A stretch of DNA of 64,000 bases from an uncultured virus (IMG/VR IMGVR_UViG_3300037067_004188) (taxonomy: Duplodnaviria > Heunggongvirae > Uroviricota > Caudoviricetes): IMG/VR virus record IMGVR_UViG_3300037067_004188; one strand, 5' to 3'. Under the pieces are notes generated by a model. The model saw nothing but the letters and a program-made list of their open reading frames with translations, was not told the DNA's origin and made no database searches. Numbering within the stretch: the first letter of the stretch is position 1; each line of letters starts with the position of its first letter. Position numbers and translations under genes: made by a program. Positions 9,969 through 19,909 of this stretch are shown here, piece after piece.

Positions 9969-11429
9969 TCATTGCCCTCCTAGTTGTTTTAGCACTTGGT
10001 CATAAATCCCCTGCGCCTTTAACGTTTGAATTATATCAGGCTCAAGTTGGCTGATAGAAGTAATCCTTTTTGATTTCAATAATTGCATGACTGCCTGTAC
10101 TTTGGGGTTCGGCTGTGCTTGTGTCTTAGTCTGCGTTGGTGTCGTAGTAGACTTGACAGATGATTTCTTGGTTATTGGCTTTTGTGATATGCGAGTTACC
10201 ATTTTCCCAGTATTATCTGTTATTCTATAATCGCCATTTGGCTCTTTAATTATATTTAGCGTATTTAGCACTTTATCATCATCATCAACGAGATTTATTC
10301 TTCTTTTTCCCATATTAGCATTTTGCCTTAACCATGCGGTTCTCTGGTCAGGAGTCCAACTACGGAAATCAGTAGACGATGTGCTTATAATCTGGTTTGC
10401 TGTTGGTTCGGCTGACTGCGCAGTCGGCTTCTTCCCCGCCATGCGATCAAGTGCTGGCTGGAGTATTGATTCATACATGCTTATCTTTTGTTGTAGTTCC
10501 GCCTTTTTGGTATCATCGAATTCCGTGCTAAGTTGGGTTCTTAACGAATTTAGCATACTTACTATGTTTGCATAGGTCAACTGCTTTGGTTGATTCATTA
10601 CGGTATCGTAGGCTTCATTCTCTGGTATTCCCTGTGCGATCAAATCATCTATCATATCTACTTGAAACTGCTTTAACTTCTGGTACGGGTTCATATCGGC
10701 AGGACTTTTACCCTCTTTTATCCTCTGGGCATTATTTTTTGCAACATCAGCCTGTAACTTTCTCAGATTAACTGTCGCCTTTGCTATTTCTACGTCCTGT
10801 TCTGCCTTTTCCATCTGGGCGACTTCTGTCCCCGCAACAACAGCTCCTTCGGTAGTGCCTAAGTTCTTATAAGCGGTTTGCTTGTCTTGAACAGTTTGAT
10901 TTTCCAGCTTTTGTCCTGCTACCTGCTCCTGCTTATATTCCGTTCCTGCCTGCACTCCCTGAAGCTCAAGATTGCTTTTAACCATGTCCATGATCGCATC
11001 CATATCTTTTTTTCTTAGCGGTCCTTTTAATAAGCCTTGAAACTGAGGGGGCAAAAGGGGTTTACGCATCTCCTTTTCCTCATCAGTAAGTAATCGCCGA
11101 TCTTCTTCTTGTTTACGTTTCGCCTCATCTATACCCATTTGTCCTGCTTCTACGTTCTGCTTTAGATTTTCCATTCTTAATGGTTGCTCTTGTGAAGCAA
11201 AATCGGTAGCTTGAGTCGTTGCACGGAGACCAGCCTGAGTAGCCGCCATCCTCAATGGGTGTTCCTGTGCGGCGAATTTGAGGTCTTGCGCAGACGCCAC
11301 CAGTTTTAATCCGCTTTCAAGTTCGGAAAGATACTGCTCCGCCACATCATGCTGACCTCGCTTTTTGGCGTCCTGATACGAGTTTAATCCTCTTGATATT
11401 GCGAATAAATCTAATGGCATGGAGACCAC
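9969..11429 (-). CDS. Probable internal virion/ejection protein (coiled-coil, Q-rich)
   Basis: 486 aa, helical Q/A/E-rich, upstream of the polyvalent protein. Confidence 0.55.
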   Translation of the reverse strand: MVSMPLDLFAISRGLNSYQDAKKRGQHDVAEQYLSELESGLKLVASAQDLKFAAQEHPLRMAATQAGLRATTQATDFASQEQPLRMENLKQNVEAGQMGIDEAKRKQEEDRRLLTDEEKEMRKPLLPPQFQGLLKGPLRKKDMDAIMDMVKSNLELQGVQAGTEYKQEQVAGQKLENQTVQDKQTAYKNLGTTEGAVVAGTEVAQMEKAEQDVEIAKATVNLRKLQADVAKNNAQRIKEGKSPADMNPYQKLKQFQVDMIDDLIAQGIPENEAYDTVMNQPKQLTYANIVSMLNSLRTQLSTEFDDTKKAELQQKISMYESILQPALDRMAGKKPTAQSAEPTANQIISTSSTDFRSWTPDQRTAWLRQNANMGKRRINLVDDDDKVLNTLNIIKEPNGDYRITDNTGKMVTRISQKPITKKSSVKSTTTPTQTKTQAQPNPKVQAVMQLLKSKRITSISQLEPDIIQTLKAQGIYDQVLKQLGGQ

Positions 11430-11434
11430 CTTCC

Positions 11435-12085
11435 TTAATAACGTGGCGTAACTTCTGGCGCTGATGACATTCCAGTCAAATCCTGACCACCCAAAAACCC
11501 CTTAATCATTTGTAATATTTGGTCAAGTCTGTTTTTTTCCGATGGATCGTTGATCCCAGTATAATAACCCATAAAATTACCTATGTTCTGATTAAACTCC
11601 GATCTCCGCTGTTCCCTTCTTTGCTCTGCCAATCCTACCATTGTCTCTGCGTTCTGACCTAACCCCAACAGTTGATTCCTAGCCACCTGTTGTGCCTGAC
11701 CAAGTATCCGCCTATTTCCTTCTTGTTTCATATGTGAGAACTTTGTCACCGCTCCTGCTCTTGCAGGCGTGCTTACCCTCGTAGCCCCTGGGCTATTTCT
11801 TGTCTGTGAGGCTTGATAGGACTGCTGTAACCTGTTTATATCCTGATTGCTTTCTCTCATAAGATTTCGTGTAGCCAGAGACGGTATACCTTTAGCCTCA
11901 TTGAAAAGGTCAGGCGTAAGTTGATTCATATACCCTGCCTGCTGACCCATCATCTTCTCGTAAGGCGTCTCACCCCTGATCGCCTCACCCAATCCCGCTA
12001 AAATATCGCTACCTGCCGATACCGCCAACATTTTAAGCAGTTCCTTAGCACCAGCCGAAGCCAGGAATCCACCCATAATAATCAC
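11435..12085 (-). CDS. Probable DNA pilot/ejection protein
   Basis: Hydrophobic G/A-rich N-terminus followed by a Q-rich helical region; position in podovirus-like tail module. Confidence 0.5.
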   Translation of the reverse strand: MIIMGGFLASAGAKELLKMLAVSAGSDILAGLGEAIRGETPYEKMMGQQAGYMNQLTPDLFNEAKGIPSLATRNLMRESNQDINRLQQSYQASQTRNSPGATRVSTPARAGAVTKFSHMKQEGNRRILGQAQQVARNQLLGLGQNAETMVGLAEQRREQRRSEFNQNIGNFMGYYTGINDPSEKNRLDQILQMIKGFLGGQDLTGMSSAPEVTPRY

Positions 12086-12276
12086 TTCCTATTAGCTTTT
12101 TGTATTACTGCATTTGTGACATTAGCCGTTATGCCAAGCGCCGCCAGTATCACAGATATTAGTTGAGCCTGATCTGCGTCAATAGCGCCATGATTCAACG
12201 CATATACCAATATCGCACCACTAACAGTCGCTATTCCTGTTTTCTTCCCTTGAATAAATTTCCATAATGCTTTCAT
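12082..12276 (-). CDS. Holin-like small membrane protein
   Basis: 64 aa, two hydrophobic helices, GKKT motif, basic C-terminus. Confidence 0.55.
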   Translation of the reverse strand: MKALWKFIQGKKTGIATVSGAILVYALNHGAIDADQAQLISVILAALGITANVTNAVIQKANRK

Positions 12277-12288
12277 TTCTACACCTCA

Positions 12289-12579
12289 TCAATGTATCAT
12301 GATCTTTTTTAGAAAATCATAGATAGTTGTGATACTCACGGCGATACCTGACACTATTAATAATATTTTACTTAACGAAAACTTATCCTTCCACTTTTCT
12401 AGTACCTCTACACGACCAACTATCAATGGTATCTGTCCATAAAGTATAGATACCTCATTAAGTTTACCCTCTATTCTCGTAGTTGTTTCATTTATAGCAC
12501 TTAATTTTGTCTCTATATTCGCCATTCTAGCATCGCATAAGTCGTTAGTTACATTTTGACTATCTGCCATAATTAACAC
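12289..12579 (-). CDS. Coiled-coil protein with C-terminal transmembrane helix (lysis-associated?)
   Basis: Coiled coil followed by ILLIVSGIAVSITTIYDFL. Confidence 0.5.
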   Translation of the reverse strand: MLIMADSQNVTNDLCDARMANIETKLSAINETTTRIEGKLNEVSILYGQIPLIVGRVEVLEKWKDKFSLSKILLIVSGIAVSITTIYDFLKKIMIH

Positions 12580-12591
12580 CCATCCTTGCCA

Positions 12592-14061
12592 TTACACCAC
12601 ACTTTTCCAGACACCATCCTTGCTTACCTTTGTAATATCACAATATAACCACGACTCGTTGAATGAAATTTTCTTCCCATAAGGCGATCTATCTATCCTA
12701 GAAAAAGAGAACTCATCCATTTCTCCATCAAAAGGATGCCACGAAGATGGATTAGTCGTTGAAGGTCTCATCTTTCCAATACTCAAAGGATAAGAAAATT
12801 CATTATCATCTGACCAATCTCCACTATATAGTAATTGATAGTTTTGATACAAATATAACATACTACCATTGCGAATAAAACAAAACCTATACCATTTATT
12901 TAATTCTGATTCATTTAGATTCCCAATAGCATTCCAAGAACCCGAAGAACTTTGTTTAATAAAAACAAGTTGATAAACGCCTGAGTCGTTTAAAATGCCA
13001 AAATAGGCATAATAACCGTTAAAATTGCCACCAACCTGACCCAAAAATACCATATAGTCGCCATCTACGGGAAGTGAATAGAATCGTGCATCTAACTCAA
13101 TACTTAAATTATCGTTTGGTATAAAATCATCACTAGTGGCAAACGAGTAGTGTTGATAATAATTCTTGTTGAACCTCGCACACCCTGCACCGAATGTATG
13201 ATTATTCAAATCAATCATATCATTATATGCACCATCGTCATTAAAATCAGTTTCAAGAGGTAAATAAATAACAGTATAATCGGGATGATTGTCCTGTCCT
13301 TGTGTAGGTACATCGAAATCATCATCATATAGGTTTCTACCCATATCTATCATCAGGTCTTGCATGAGACCATTACAGTATTGAAAACTACCCCCGATTT
13401 TACCATCCTGTCTACCTAAACTTATTCTTTCATTCATATCTGGCATAGTATTTCCTGCAATCGGAGTAGATTCGGTTAATGATTGCATTTCGCCATCTAT
13501 CGCAATATAGAAATCAGAATCACCCTCAATGACCTCACTTCTACCAAAATAGAAATGATACCATACTCCATTAGTAGGTGTGAAAGAAACAGTATAATAC
13601 GCTTTTGTTACCCCACCCGTAATTGCATAAAACGCTATATAATTTCCAGCAGGATTGAAATAGACTATCCATCTTGTATTTACATCCGTCACTTGACCAA
13701 TAGGAACATAATCTAAATTACTTGTTGTGAAATTATACCAAAACCTAATATTAAATGCACTCGTTCCAAATGAAACTCTTTTGGCAGAGGTATAAGTAGT
13801 ACCTACCAAATCATTAACATACAAAAATTGAGAAGATGCCCTTACGAACTTAGCACATTTAGCGCCGAATTTTGGGTTAGTGCTATCTAGTGTAGCCGTT
13901 CCAGTAAAATCAGGTCGCCACCAAATTACTGGTGTATGCGCTTCAGTAGCACCTTCTGAATAATCCGCTAAATCACTATCGGCAGGAATATACAATATTG
14001 TATCATCATTGTTATTTCCTACTCCAATAGTTTTCCACGCACTACCTTGTGATACTTTCAC
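12592..14061 (-). CDS. LamG/concanavalin-A-like lectin domain protein (receptor binding)
   Basis: Two repeats with WYHF/WYRF..R.GS..Y and F.G.MDEF-type motifs. Confidence 0.7.
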   Translation of the reverse strand: MKVSQGSAWKTIGVGNNNDDTILYIPADSDLADYSEGATEAHTPVIWWRPDFTGTATLDSTNPKFGAKCAKFVRASSQFLYVNDLVGTTYTSAKRVSFGTSAFNIRFWYNFTTSNLDYVPIGQVTDVNTRWIVYFNPAGNYIAFYAITGGVTKAYYTVSFTPTNGVWYHFYFGRSEVIEGDSDFYIAIDGEMQSLTESTPIAGNTMPDMNERISLGRQDGKIGGSFQYCNGLMQDLMIDMGRNLYDDDFDVPTQGQDNHPDYTVIYLPLETDFNDDGAYNDMIDLNNHTFGAGCARFNKNYYQHYSFATSDDFIPNDNLSIELDARFYSLPVDGDYMVFLGQVGGNFNGYYAYFGILNDSGVYQLVFIKQSSSGSWNAIGNLNESELNKWYRFCFIRNGSMLYLYQNYQLLYSGDWSDDNEFSYPLSIGKMRPSTTNPSSWHPFDGEMDEFSFSRIDRSPYGKKISFNESWLYCDITKVSKDGVWKSVV

Positions 14062-14070
14062 GACTTACTC

Positions 14071-15597
14071 CTACGGAACAAAGGTTATTAGTAAAATACC
14101 ATCAATATCGGGGGCAGCTGGTTCGGCTTCACCAAGTTCAAGTAGTATCCCAAATAACCCCCTTGCTGTAACGTTATCCATAGGATGACTAACCGTTATC
14201 TCTGTTCCATCCGTATGCGTTTTAAGTATGCTTGTAGCCACCAGAGCATTTGTATTATCATATCTAAGCGTTTGATCCTCTGTGCCTGCTGGTAAAGTGT
14301 CACCGCCAGTAGCATTTATTGTCTTATCTGTTATTGTAAGGTTTGTGCCTACATCTAGCCAGTCAAACTTACCGTCTGAATCATCCCAAAATAATATCCT
14401 ATCATCATCAGGGTCTACTAAATCTTCAAGACCCAATAGGTCTGCATCTGCCTTTAATCCATTTGCATCCACAGATAAGTCAACCGAAGAACTGTTTTGT
14501 GTCCTTAAATCTGCCTTTACTGCCGTACCTGTCAGGGTCATATCTATTGAATTGGTGTCTGTCACAGTCGTAGACTCTCCAACAACTGTTGAGTCCGCCT
14601 TCAATCCGTTGGCGTCTACTGATAGATTGACTGTCGCTGTATTCTGTACCTTTAGGTCTGCTTTTATCTCCGTACCTGTCAAGGTCATATCTATCGAGTT
14701 GGTATCTAATACTGTATACGTCCCACCTGTCTCTATCTCTCTCCAGGTTGCCCCATCATAGTAGAGTAACTTGGTCACGTACCCAGTAGTAGTTATTGCT
14801 GATACGTCTGTGAACCCCGTACCGAAGGTGATCGTCTTTCCTGCGGCATTGTTCACCGATATTAATGTTAGCCTGTTCTCTCGTCCACCAGACGCTATCC
14901 ACGTAGCGTTCTGGTCTGGCGTAGACTCGAAGTACGTATCCCATGACAGATCAAGTGTCTGATCGCCAACTGGTATCTGCATCGCACCCCTGAAACTCTT
15001 TAATTCTACCCAGTTAGTTCCATCATGCACGAAATCTATACAGAATACGTCACTTGCTATACCATCACGCTTGCCAAACCATTTGATATTCGTCCCTGCA
15101 AAACTAACTACCCATCCACCTACTGCGTCCTCTGTGAATACACAGGTCAATATTTGACTTGCATGACCCCCTGTAAAACTTATCACGGTATCTTTGGTCA
15201 GCGTGCAGGTTAGTTGGTTGCAGTCATCAACATTTACCGTTACCGTGCCGTCTACCGTGATCTTAGACCCGCCATGAAAGACCTTTGGCGTGTATACCCT
15301 AGTCCCTGTATTAATCAGGTTATTTGAAGAAGACATAACGTTACTAGCGTTGAATACTATGGTATTATTCTCAGTACCTAATGGCAAGATTGACCGTAAT
15401 TCGTTATGAACACGAAAATACAACGCAAGATTATTGGCGTCATACTCTACGAGACCAAACTCACCATCCTGAAACTGCTTTACGTCTGGCAGATGATCGA
15501 ATAGCCTGGTCTGCTTCGGTTGCATGTATTTTTCAATTTCATGTTTCCCTCTAACGTCATCAGGTATATCAGGGTTTTGGGTCAGCGCTCTTCGCAT
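14071..15597 (-). CDS. Tail fibre/adhesin-like protein
   Basis: Tandem DTNSIDMTLTGT..KADL..QN...V.LSVDANGLKAD repeats; beta modules ending Y/HDG..W.E shared with the 1..1435 protein. Confidence 0.65.
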   Translation of the reverse strand: MRRALTQNPDIPDDVRGKHEIEKYMQPKQTRLFDHLPDVKQFQDGEFGLVEYDANNLALYFRVHNELRSILPLGTENNTIVFNASNVMSSSNNLINTGTRVYTPKVFHGGSKITVDGTVTVNVDDCNQLTCTLTKDTVISFTGGHASQILTCVFTEDAVGGWVVSFAGTNIKWFGKRDGIASDVFCIDFVHDGTNWVELKSFRGAMQIPVGDQTLDLSWDTYFESTPDQNATWIASGGRENRLTLISVNNAAGKTITFGTGFTDVSAITTTGYVTKLLYYDGATWREIETGGTYTVLDTNSIDMTLTGTEIKADLKVQNTATVNLSVDANGLKADSTVVGESTTVTDTNSIDMTLTGTAVKADLRTQNSSSVDLSVDANGLKADADLLGLEDLVDPDDDRILFWDDSDGKFDWLDVGTNLTITDKTINATGGDTLPAGTEDQTLRYDNTNALVATSILKTHTDGTEITVSHPMDNVTARGLFGILLELGEAEPAAPDIDGILLITFVP

Positions 15598-15659
15598 TTA
15601 GTTTCCTTGCCTTTTTCTTTTTTCGTAATTTTGTCTTATTCCTATGTTTGATTCTAATT

Positions 15660-16001
15660 CTAGCCATTATATAAACCCATATCCAGAGCTTTTGGTCTTG
15701 CAGTAAATGCCGAATTTCCTTTAACGAACTCCTGATCGAGTCGTAAATTCCTTAGATAAACATGCCATTCCCCCTCTTCGTCAATATCGTCAGCGATAGT
15801 ATTATATGTCGCTATATATCCCGATATTGATGACGGTGTTCTGGTAAATGCCCCACCTGAAGGCTTAATAAAAATTATTTCTAATTCCGTTACCAGATAT
15901 ACCCCTGTGGCAAGATCGAGGTCTGTCGTTATCTCAATAACCACGCCCACACTACCCACTGCTATGTCTGCACCTTCGTATATTTTTTTCGCCATTGTCA
16001 T
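15660..16001 (-). CDS. Small structural protein (BppU N-terminal-like)
   Basis: IIFIKPSG...YNTIADDIDEEGEW motif. Confidence 0.5.
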   Translation of the reverse strand: MTMAKKIYEGADIAVGSVGVVIEITTDLDLATGVYLVTELEIIFIKPSGGAFTRTPSSISGYIATYNTIADDIDEEGEWHVYLRNLRLDQEFVKGNSAFTARPKALDMGLYNG

Positions 16002-16003
16002 CC

Positions 16004-16117
16004 CTACCTTAACGCTATTTTAATAGTCGGCGATTTAACACTCAGACTAATCTTCGGCGTTTTCTGCGCAAACTTCAATGACGGTTTTTTTACTGTTAGC
16101 TCAATTTTCTTCGCCAT
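16004..16117 (-). CDS. Small basic hypothetical protein (37 aa)
   Basis: ATG after GGAGG; MAKKIELTVKKPSLKF...; fills the intergenic gap. Confidence 0.45.
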   Translation of the reverse strand: MAKKIELTVKKPSLKFAQKTPKISLSVKSPTIKIALR

Positions 16118-16131
16118 CGTAACCTCCATGA

Positions 16132-18591
16132 TTATCTTTTGATATATCTTATATATATCCCCGAAAGTTCAGTCTGTTGGACAGTTAATTGTTTCATCTG
16201 CACGTTGAAAAATCCGTAAGTATGTATTCTTGCACCTATCTTGTGACCGCGCACATCACCAGAACCACCAGGGTTTATACCATAAGGCGCCCCATGTCCT
16301 GTTTGGTCAGTAATAATAAATTCATAGGAAGCAGGCATATCATTTGAATCGTAGGAATCTTTAACCTCTATCTTAAATCCGTATGCCTCCGACACCTTTT
16401 GTTTATGGAATTCCAACATACTTTCTATCGGTTTTCCTCCATCAGTAGTTCCAGTATTAAGTTCTAAAAGATATTTGTTTGTATTATCTGCGGCGATTAT
16501 ATCCTTAGATGAAGATGATAGTGTCTTTACCAAAAGGTCGTTGATATTCGTACCGTATGTGTACCGCCTCCAGGGTTTTACCGTTTTCTGTAAGTTCAGA
16601 ATATAAATTGTGTCATTATATCCGTCATCATTCTCGTCTACCAATAACCATACTTCCTCACCTCTAGCGATTACCACTGCTTTGGCAAGATTAGTGTCAC
16701 TGATACCATCGAGTATAGATTGTATGGATTCAGACAAATATTCGGGATTGGGCGCCCCCGTGAAACAATATAAACCATGCCTGCTGACATATATATGTGA
16801 GCTTTTATAGTCCACTAATCCCCAAGACGAGATCAATCCCAACCCATAGACTTGTGGACGTAGGCTGTAATCCGTTGGCGGATTGGTTATTTCGTCACAC
16901 CCCCACAGGACGTAGACCGTGCCATTGCGGAAATAGATCGCAAGCTGATCGTTTGCCAATGGTTTAACAACTAATATTGCCGATTCTTCCTGCAAGTCCA
17001 TAACGTTTTCCAATGGGAAATAATCAGGTATAGAATCACCTGTCAGTCCAGTAGCGCCATCTTCCTCTAGTTTTTTAGAGAAATATAATTGATTACTGTT
17101 AGAAGGAAATAACCAAACTCTACCCTTCCAAACACATGCACCTGCGGGAATAATAGCACCTCTAAGACCCTGATCTGTATCATCCGCTTCACCTATCCTG
17201 TAATGGTCAGAGGTCTGTAATTCTGCACCCAATGAGGCGGTTGACAAACTATCACTATACGTTGCTGGTATTACTGTCGCAGACCCACTTATTTCCGTAA
17301 CATATTTATAGGTATCAACAATCTCACTATCGAGGGTCTCTACGTCCTGATCGGTTGCAAGTTCCCTGCGATATATCCTGACCTTATCTATCTGGGGATC
17401 AACAGGTTGCGGTACATCAATTTCAACTCTTTGTTCTTGTAATAGTTGAACTCTTTTTGATGGGCTTGGTCTGCTTTCGACCTGATATGTCGAGTTGACA
17501 TAAGTATAACAATACTCGTAATAACGCTTTTCATCGAATGACGCAAAAGCATAAATGATATTATTTGCGTATGTCTGCCATGCGGAAGGGGTATAATAAA
17601 GTCCACCAGCAACCGCATTATATGCAAATGCCACGAAAAATTGCGTAGCATTTGCACTATAATTTGCTTTATAGTCGTCATCTGTTTCTATTATAATTCC
17701 ATAATCCGTATCTTTCTCCAGGGTAAATGTATCATTGAAATGAAAACGATACCAAATATAGTCCCCGAATCTATCATCTGGAAATCCATCATAAATAGTC
17801 CTAACATCTATCCACGCTGATACAGAATTGGTATCTGCTAATGTGCCAGTTGGCAATCCGTCAAGCCCAATAGTCTCAATCCTTAGTCGCATATTTCCTT
17901 TTTTCTCTAGGTTATAAAAGAATGACATGCGAATATCCAACGCTGAAGCCACGAAGTCTGCGGTTGGAGTATATTTAGAGCCTATTTCCTGCATGGTCAC
18001 GTCTGTCAGGTCGAAAATACCCACACCAGCAATATTATTCGGCTCAGTCCATGATGTATAATTTCCATAAGCGCCAACTTGATTTAATATAGGTATCGAA
18101 CTCGGTTTGCTGATGCCTGTCTGATAATATTTTACAGCGTCATATAGCCTATCACTATCTGTCCAATACCACCCTGAATCAGTCGCAAAGAATATCCTGT
18201 TGTTCCATGACAATATCGGCTTCTTGAACCCATCGGTTACTGTTGTGGCTTCATCTATCACCATTTCATGATCTATGCTCTCTTGTATCTTGTACCATCT
18301 AGCACCAACTATACCAATAAGGAACGCTGATGTTCTCGGAAGGTTAGTATGGTAGTATATCTGTTTTGGTGTATCAGACAAAACGATAGAGTTGTATCTC
18401 TCATAGCCCGCTCTCGTAGCAAGACCGCCATCCTCATACTGTATGTCGTAGTTCTCTAGCGTCTTTAAACTATGAAGGATGTATGGGTTAGCGCCTACGT
18501 TCTCGTCTCTCTCGGCTTCCTGAGTAAGAGACCCATCACGGCGCATCCCCAATACGAAGTTTTCTAACTGTAATATCTTATCTTTAGCCAT
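16132..18591 (-). CDS. Tail nozzle/head-closure protein (P22 gp10 / T7 tubular B-like beta-propeller)
   Basis: 819 aa; ENYDI...GGLATRAGY N-terminus, WKGRVW..LYFSK, beta-rich; position in operon. Confidence 0.65.
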   Translation of the reverse strand: MAKDKILQLENFVLGMRRDGSLTQEAERDENVGANPYILHSLKTLENYDIQYEDGGLATRAGYERYNSIVLSDTPKQIYYHTNLPRTSAFLIGIVGARWYKIQESIDHEMVIDEATTVTDGFKKPILSWNNRIFFATDSGWYWTDSDRLYDAVKYYQTGISKPSSIPILNQVGAYGNYTSWTEPNNIAGVGIFDLTDVTMQEIGSKYTPTADFVASALDIRMSFFYNLEKKGNMRLRIETIGLDGLPTGTLADTNSVSAWIDVRTIYDGFPDDRFGDYIWYRFHFNDTFTLEKDTDYGIIIETDDDYKANYSANATQFFVAFAYNAVAGGLYYTPSAWQTYANNIIYAFASFDEKRYYEYCYTYVNSTYQVESRPSPSKRVQLLQEQRVEIDVPQPVDPQIDKVRIYRRELATDQDVETLDSEIVDTYKYVTEISGSATVIPATYSDSLSTASLGAELQTSDHYRIGEADDTDQGLRGAIIPAGACVWKGRVWLFPSNSNQLYFSKKLEEDGATGLTGDSIPDYFPLENVMDLQEESAILVVKPLANDQLAIYFRNGTVYVLWGCDEITNPPTDYSLRPQVYGLGLISSWGLVDYKSSHIYVSRHGLYCFTGAPNPEYLSESIQSILDGISDTNLAKAVVIARGEEVWLLVDENDDGYNDTIYILNLQKTVKPWRRYTYGTNINDLLVKTLSSSSKDIIAADNTNKYLLELNTGTTDGGKPIESMLEFHKQKVSEAYGFKIEVKDSYDSNDMPASYEFIITDQTGHGAPYGINPGGSGDVRGHKIGARIHTYGFFNVQMKQLTVQQTELSGIYIRYIKR

Positions 18592-18635
18592 CTAAATTTC
18601 CTGACTCATTGCTGTCAACATTTTCAATCGAAACC

Positions 18636-18774
18636 AGTGTTATTTTCCACACTGGTTATTCTCTCAACAGTGTGCTTTTCCACACTACCAATCCGTCAAA
18701 GTTAAAATTTCCAGTGCGAAAAAACGCACCGCTTTTCCATTTTCAATCAATTTTCCAGTGTGAAAATCCACACC
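18636..18774. repeat. Array of four 18-bp palindromic sites (AGTGTG-N6-CACACT type), cassette 2
   Basis: agtgttattttccacact 18636, agtgtgcttttccacact 18669, agtgcgaaaaaacgcacc 18713, agtgtgaaaatccacacc 18757; spacing 33/44/44 bp. Confidence 0.85.
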
Positions 18775-18794
18775 TATTAAATATCTATTGCCAT

Positions 18795-19145
18795 CTACTC
18801 AAGCCACTTGGTGTTGAACTTGTACTTAGATGCGCAACCATTAAAACATCTTATAACTAATATAAATTCTTTTTCTTCTAGTTGGTTTATCGCCTTTGCA
18901 ATCGTGTGTCTATCCAACTTAATTATTTTTAGCATTTCCTTATATGAGAATGATCGTTCTTGATCTGCCTTCTCTTTTTCTCTGTTCCATCTTGTTAATA
19001 GTAATAAATAAAGTGACTTGCTTGATGATGTTAGTGAATTAAATTCCTCACTCAATATTGTTCTGTGTGGTAACTGTAAAAATGAACCATTAATCCTTAG
19101 ATAATTAGTCGGTCTAACCTTTTTCGTCTTAGACACATTAATCAA
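18795..19145 (-). CDS. Stand-alone winged-HTH protein, cassette 2
   Basis: About three-quarters identical to 9489..9842 by manual alignment; predicted recognition helix DRHTIAKAINQ. Confidence 0.8.
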   Translation of the reverse strand: MINVSKTKKVRPTNYLRINGSFLQLPHRTILSEEFNSLTSSSKSLYLLLLTRWNREKEKADQERSFSYKEMLKIIKLDRHTIAKAINQLEEKEFILVIRCFNGCASKYKFNTKWLE

Positions 19146-19224
19146 CTCCCTAATGTAAGAATTAGTAACCCCTACTCATTAGGTCGGAACGCTTGCAAGA
19201 ACGCTCCAGTAGAGGTTACTAATT
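19146..19224 (-). promoter_or_regulatory. Structured 5' leader, copy 2
   Basis: Arms 19208-19224 / 19160-19176; loop CCUAAUG complementary to CAUUAGG at the SD; compensatory changes relative to copy 1. Confidence 0.7.
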
Positions 19225-19242
19225 GTGTCTTAAAATTTTATG

Positions 19243-19440
19243 TTATTTTTTCTTTGATACCTTTTTTCTCGGATGTTTCTTTTTTACCTTATTCGGCAAC
19301 CCCTTCTCTTTGGTCGAGGCATAATCATGTAGTTGCTTCTTGGACATCTTCAATAAGCCTTTGTTCTTTGCGTAGAGTTTTTCGGGTGCGTTCTCAGCAA
19401 TTGCCATCGCCTTCCGTTGCTTCTTGCTCACAGCAGGCAT
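19243..19440 (-). CDS. Small basic protein, DUF3008-like
   Basis: MPAVSKKQRKAMAIA...MSKKQLHDYASTKEKGLP. Confidence 0.6.
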   Translation of the reverse strand: MPAVSKKQRKAMAIAENAPEKLYAKNKGLLKMSKKQLHDYASTKEKGLPNKVKKKHPRKKVSKKK

Positions 19441-19650
19441 TTACTTCACCTTCTTTGCTTTCGGTACGTAATCCTCTTTCAACGCCCTTTTCTTATTGCC
19501 TAGCGAGATAGGTTTCTGCCCTTTCTTCTTCAAGGTGGACTTCTTAACACTTGGCTTTCTTGCCTTTCTACACTTCCTTGCCATCTTTCGTCCTTTCGTA
19601 ATAGCGATCTCAGTCGTAACTTTCTTTTCCTTCTCACTTGGTAATAACAT
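19441..19650 (-). CDS. Small Lys/Arg-rich protein (start may be internal)
   Basis: Very basic; abuts the downstream gene. Confidence 0.4.
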   Translation of the reverse strand: MLLPSEKEKKVTTEIAITKGRKMARKCRKARKPSVKKSTLKKKGQKPISLGNKKRALKEDYVPKAKKVK

Positions 19651-19681
19651 TTCCCTCCGCCCTCCCTCGTCTTTGGACTAA

Positions 19682-19909
19682 CTACTTGCCAGGCGATGGC
19701 GGACTGTTCCTCTTAGGATTACCATTTGTGAAAGCGTCAGGATCAATCCCTGAAACTTTCTTTGCCTTAGCCATTCCTCCACCTATACCGGGGGGAGTTG
19801 GCGGACTGTTCCTCTTGGGAACTGCATTAGTGAGCATCTCTGGATCAAGTTTCTTACTGTTTTTGTTTCCTACTTTCATAGCCATTACTATCAACTCCTT
19901 ATATGACAT
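19682..19909 (-). CDS. Small protein with duplicated DP...TN..PKRNSPP motif
   Basis: Internal repeat visible in the translation. Confidence 0.5.
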   Translation of the reverse strand: MSYKELIVMAMKVGNKNSKKLDPEMLTNAVPKRNSPPTPPGIGGGMAKAKKVSGIDPDAFTNGNPKRNSPPSPGK

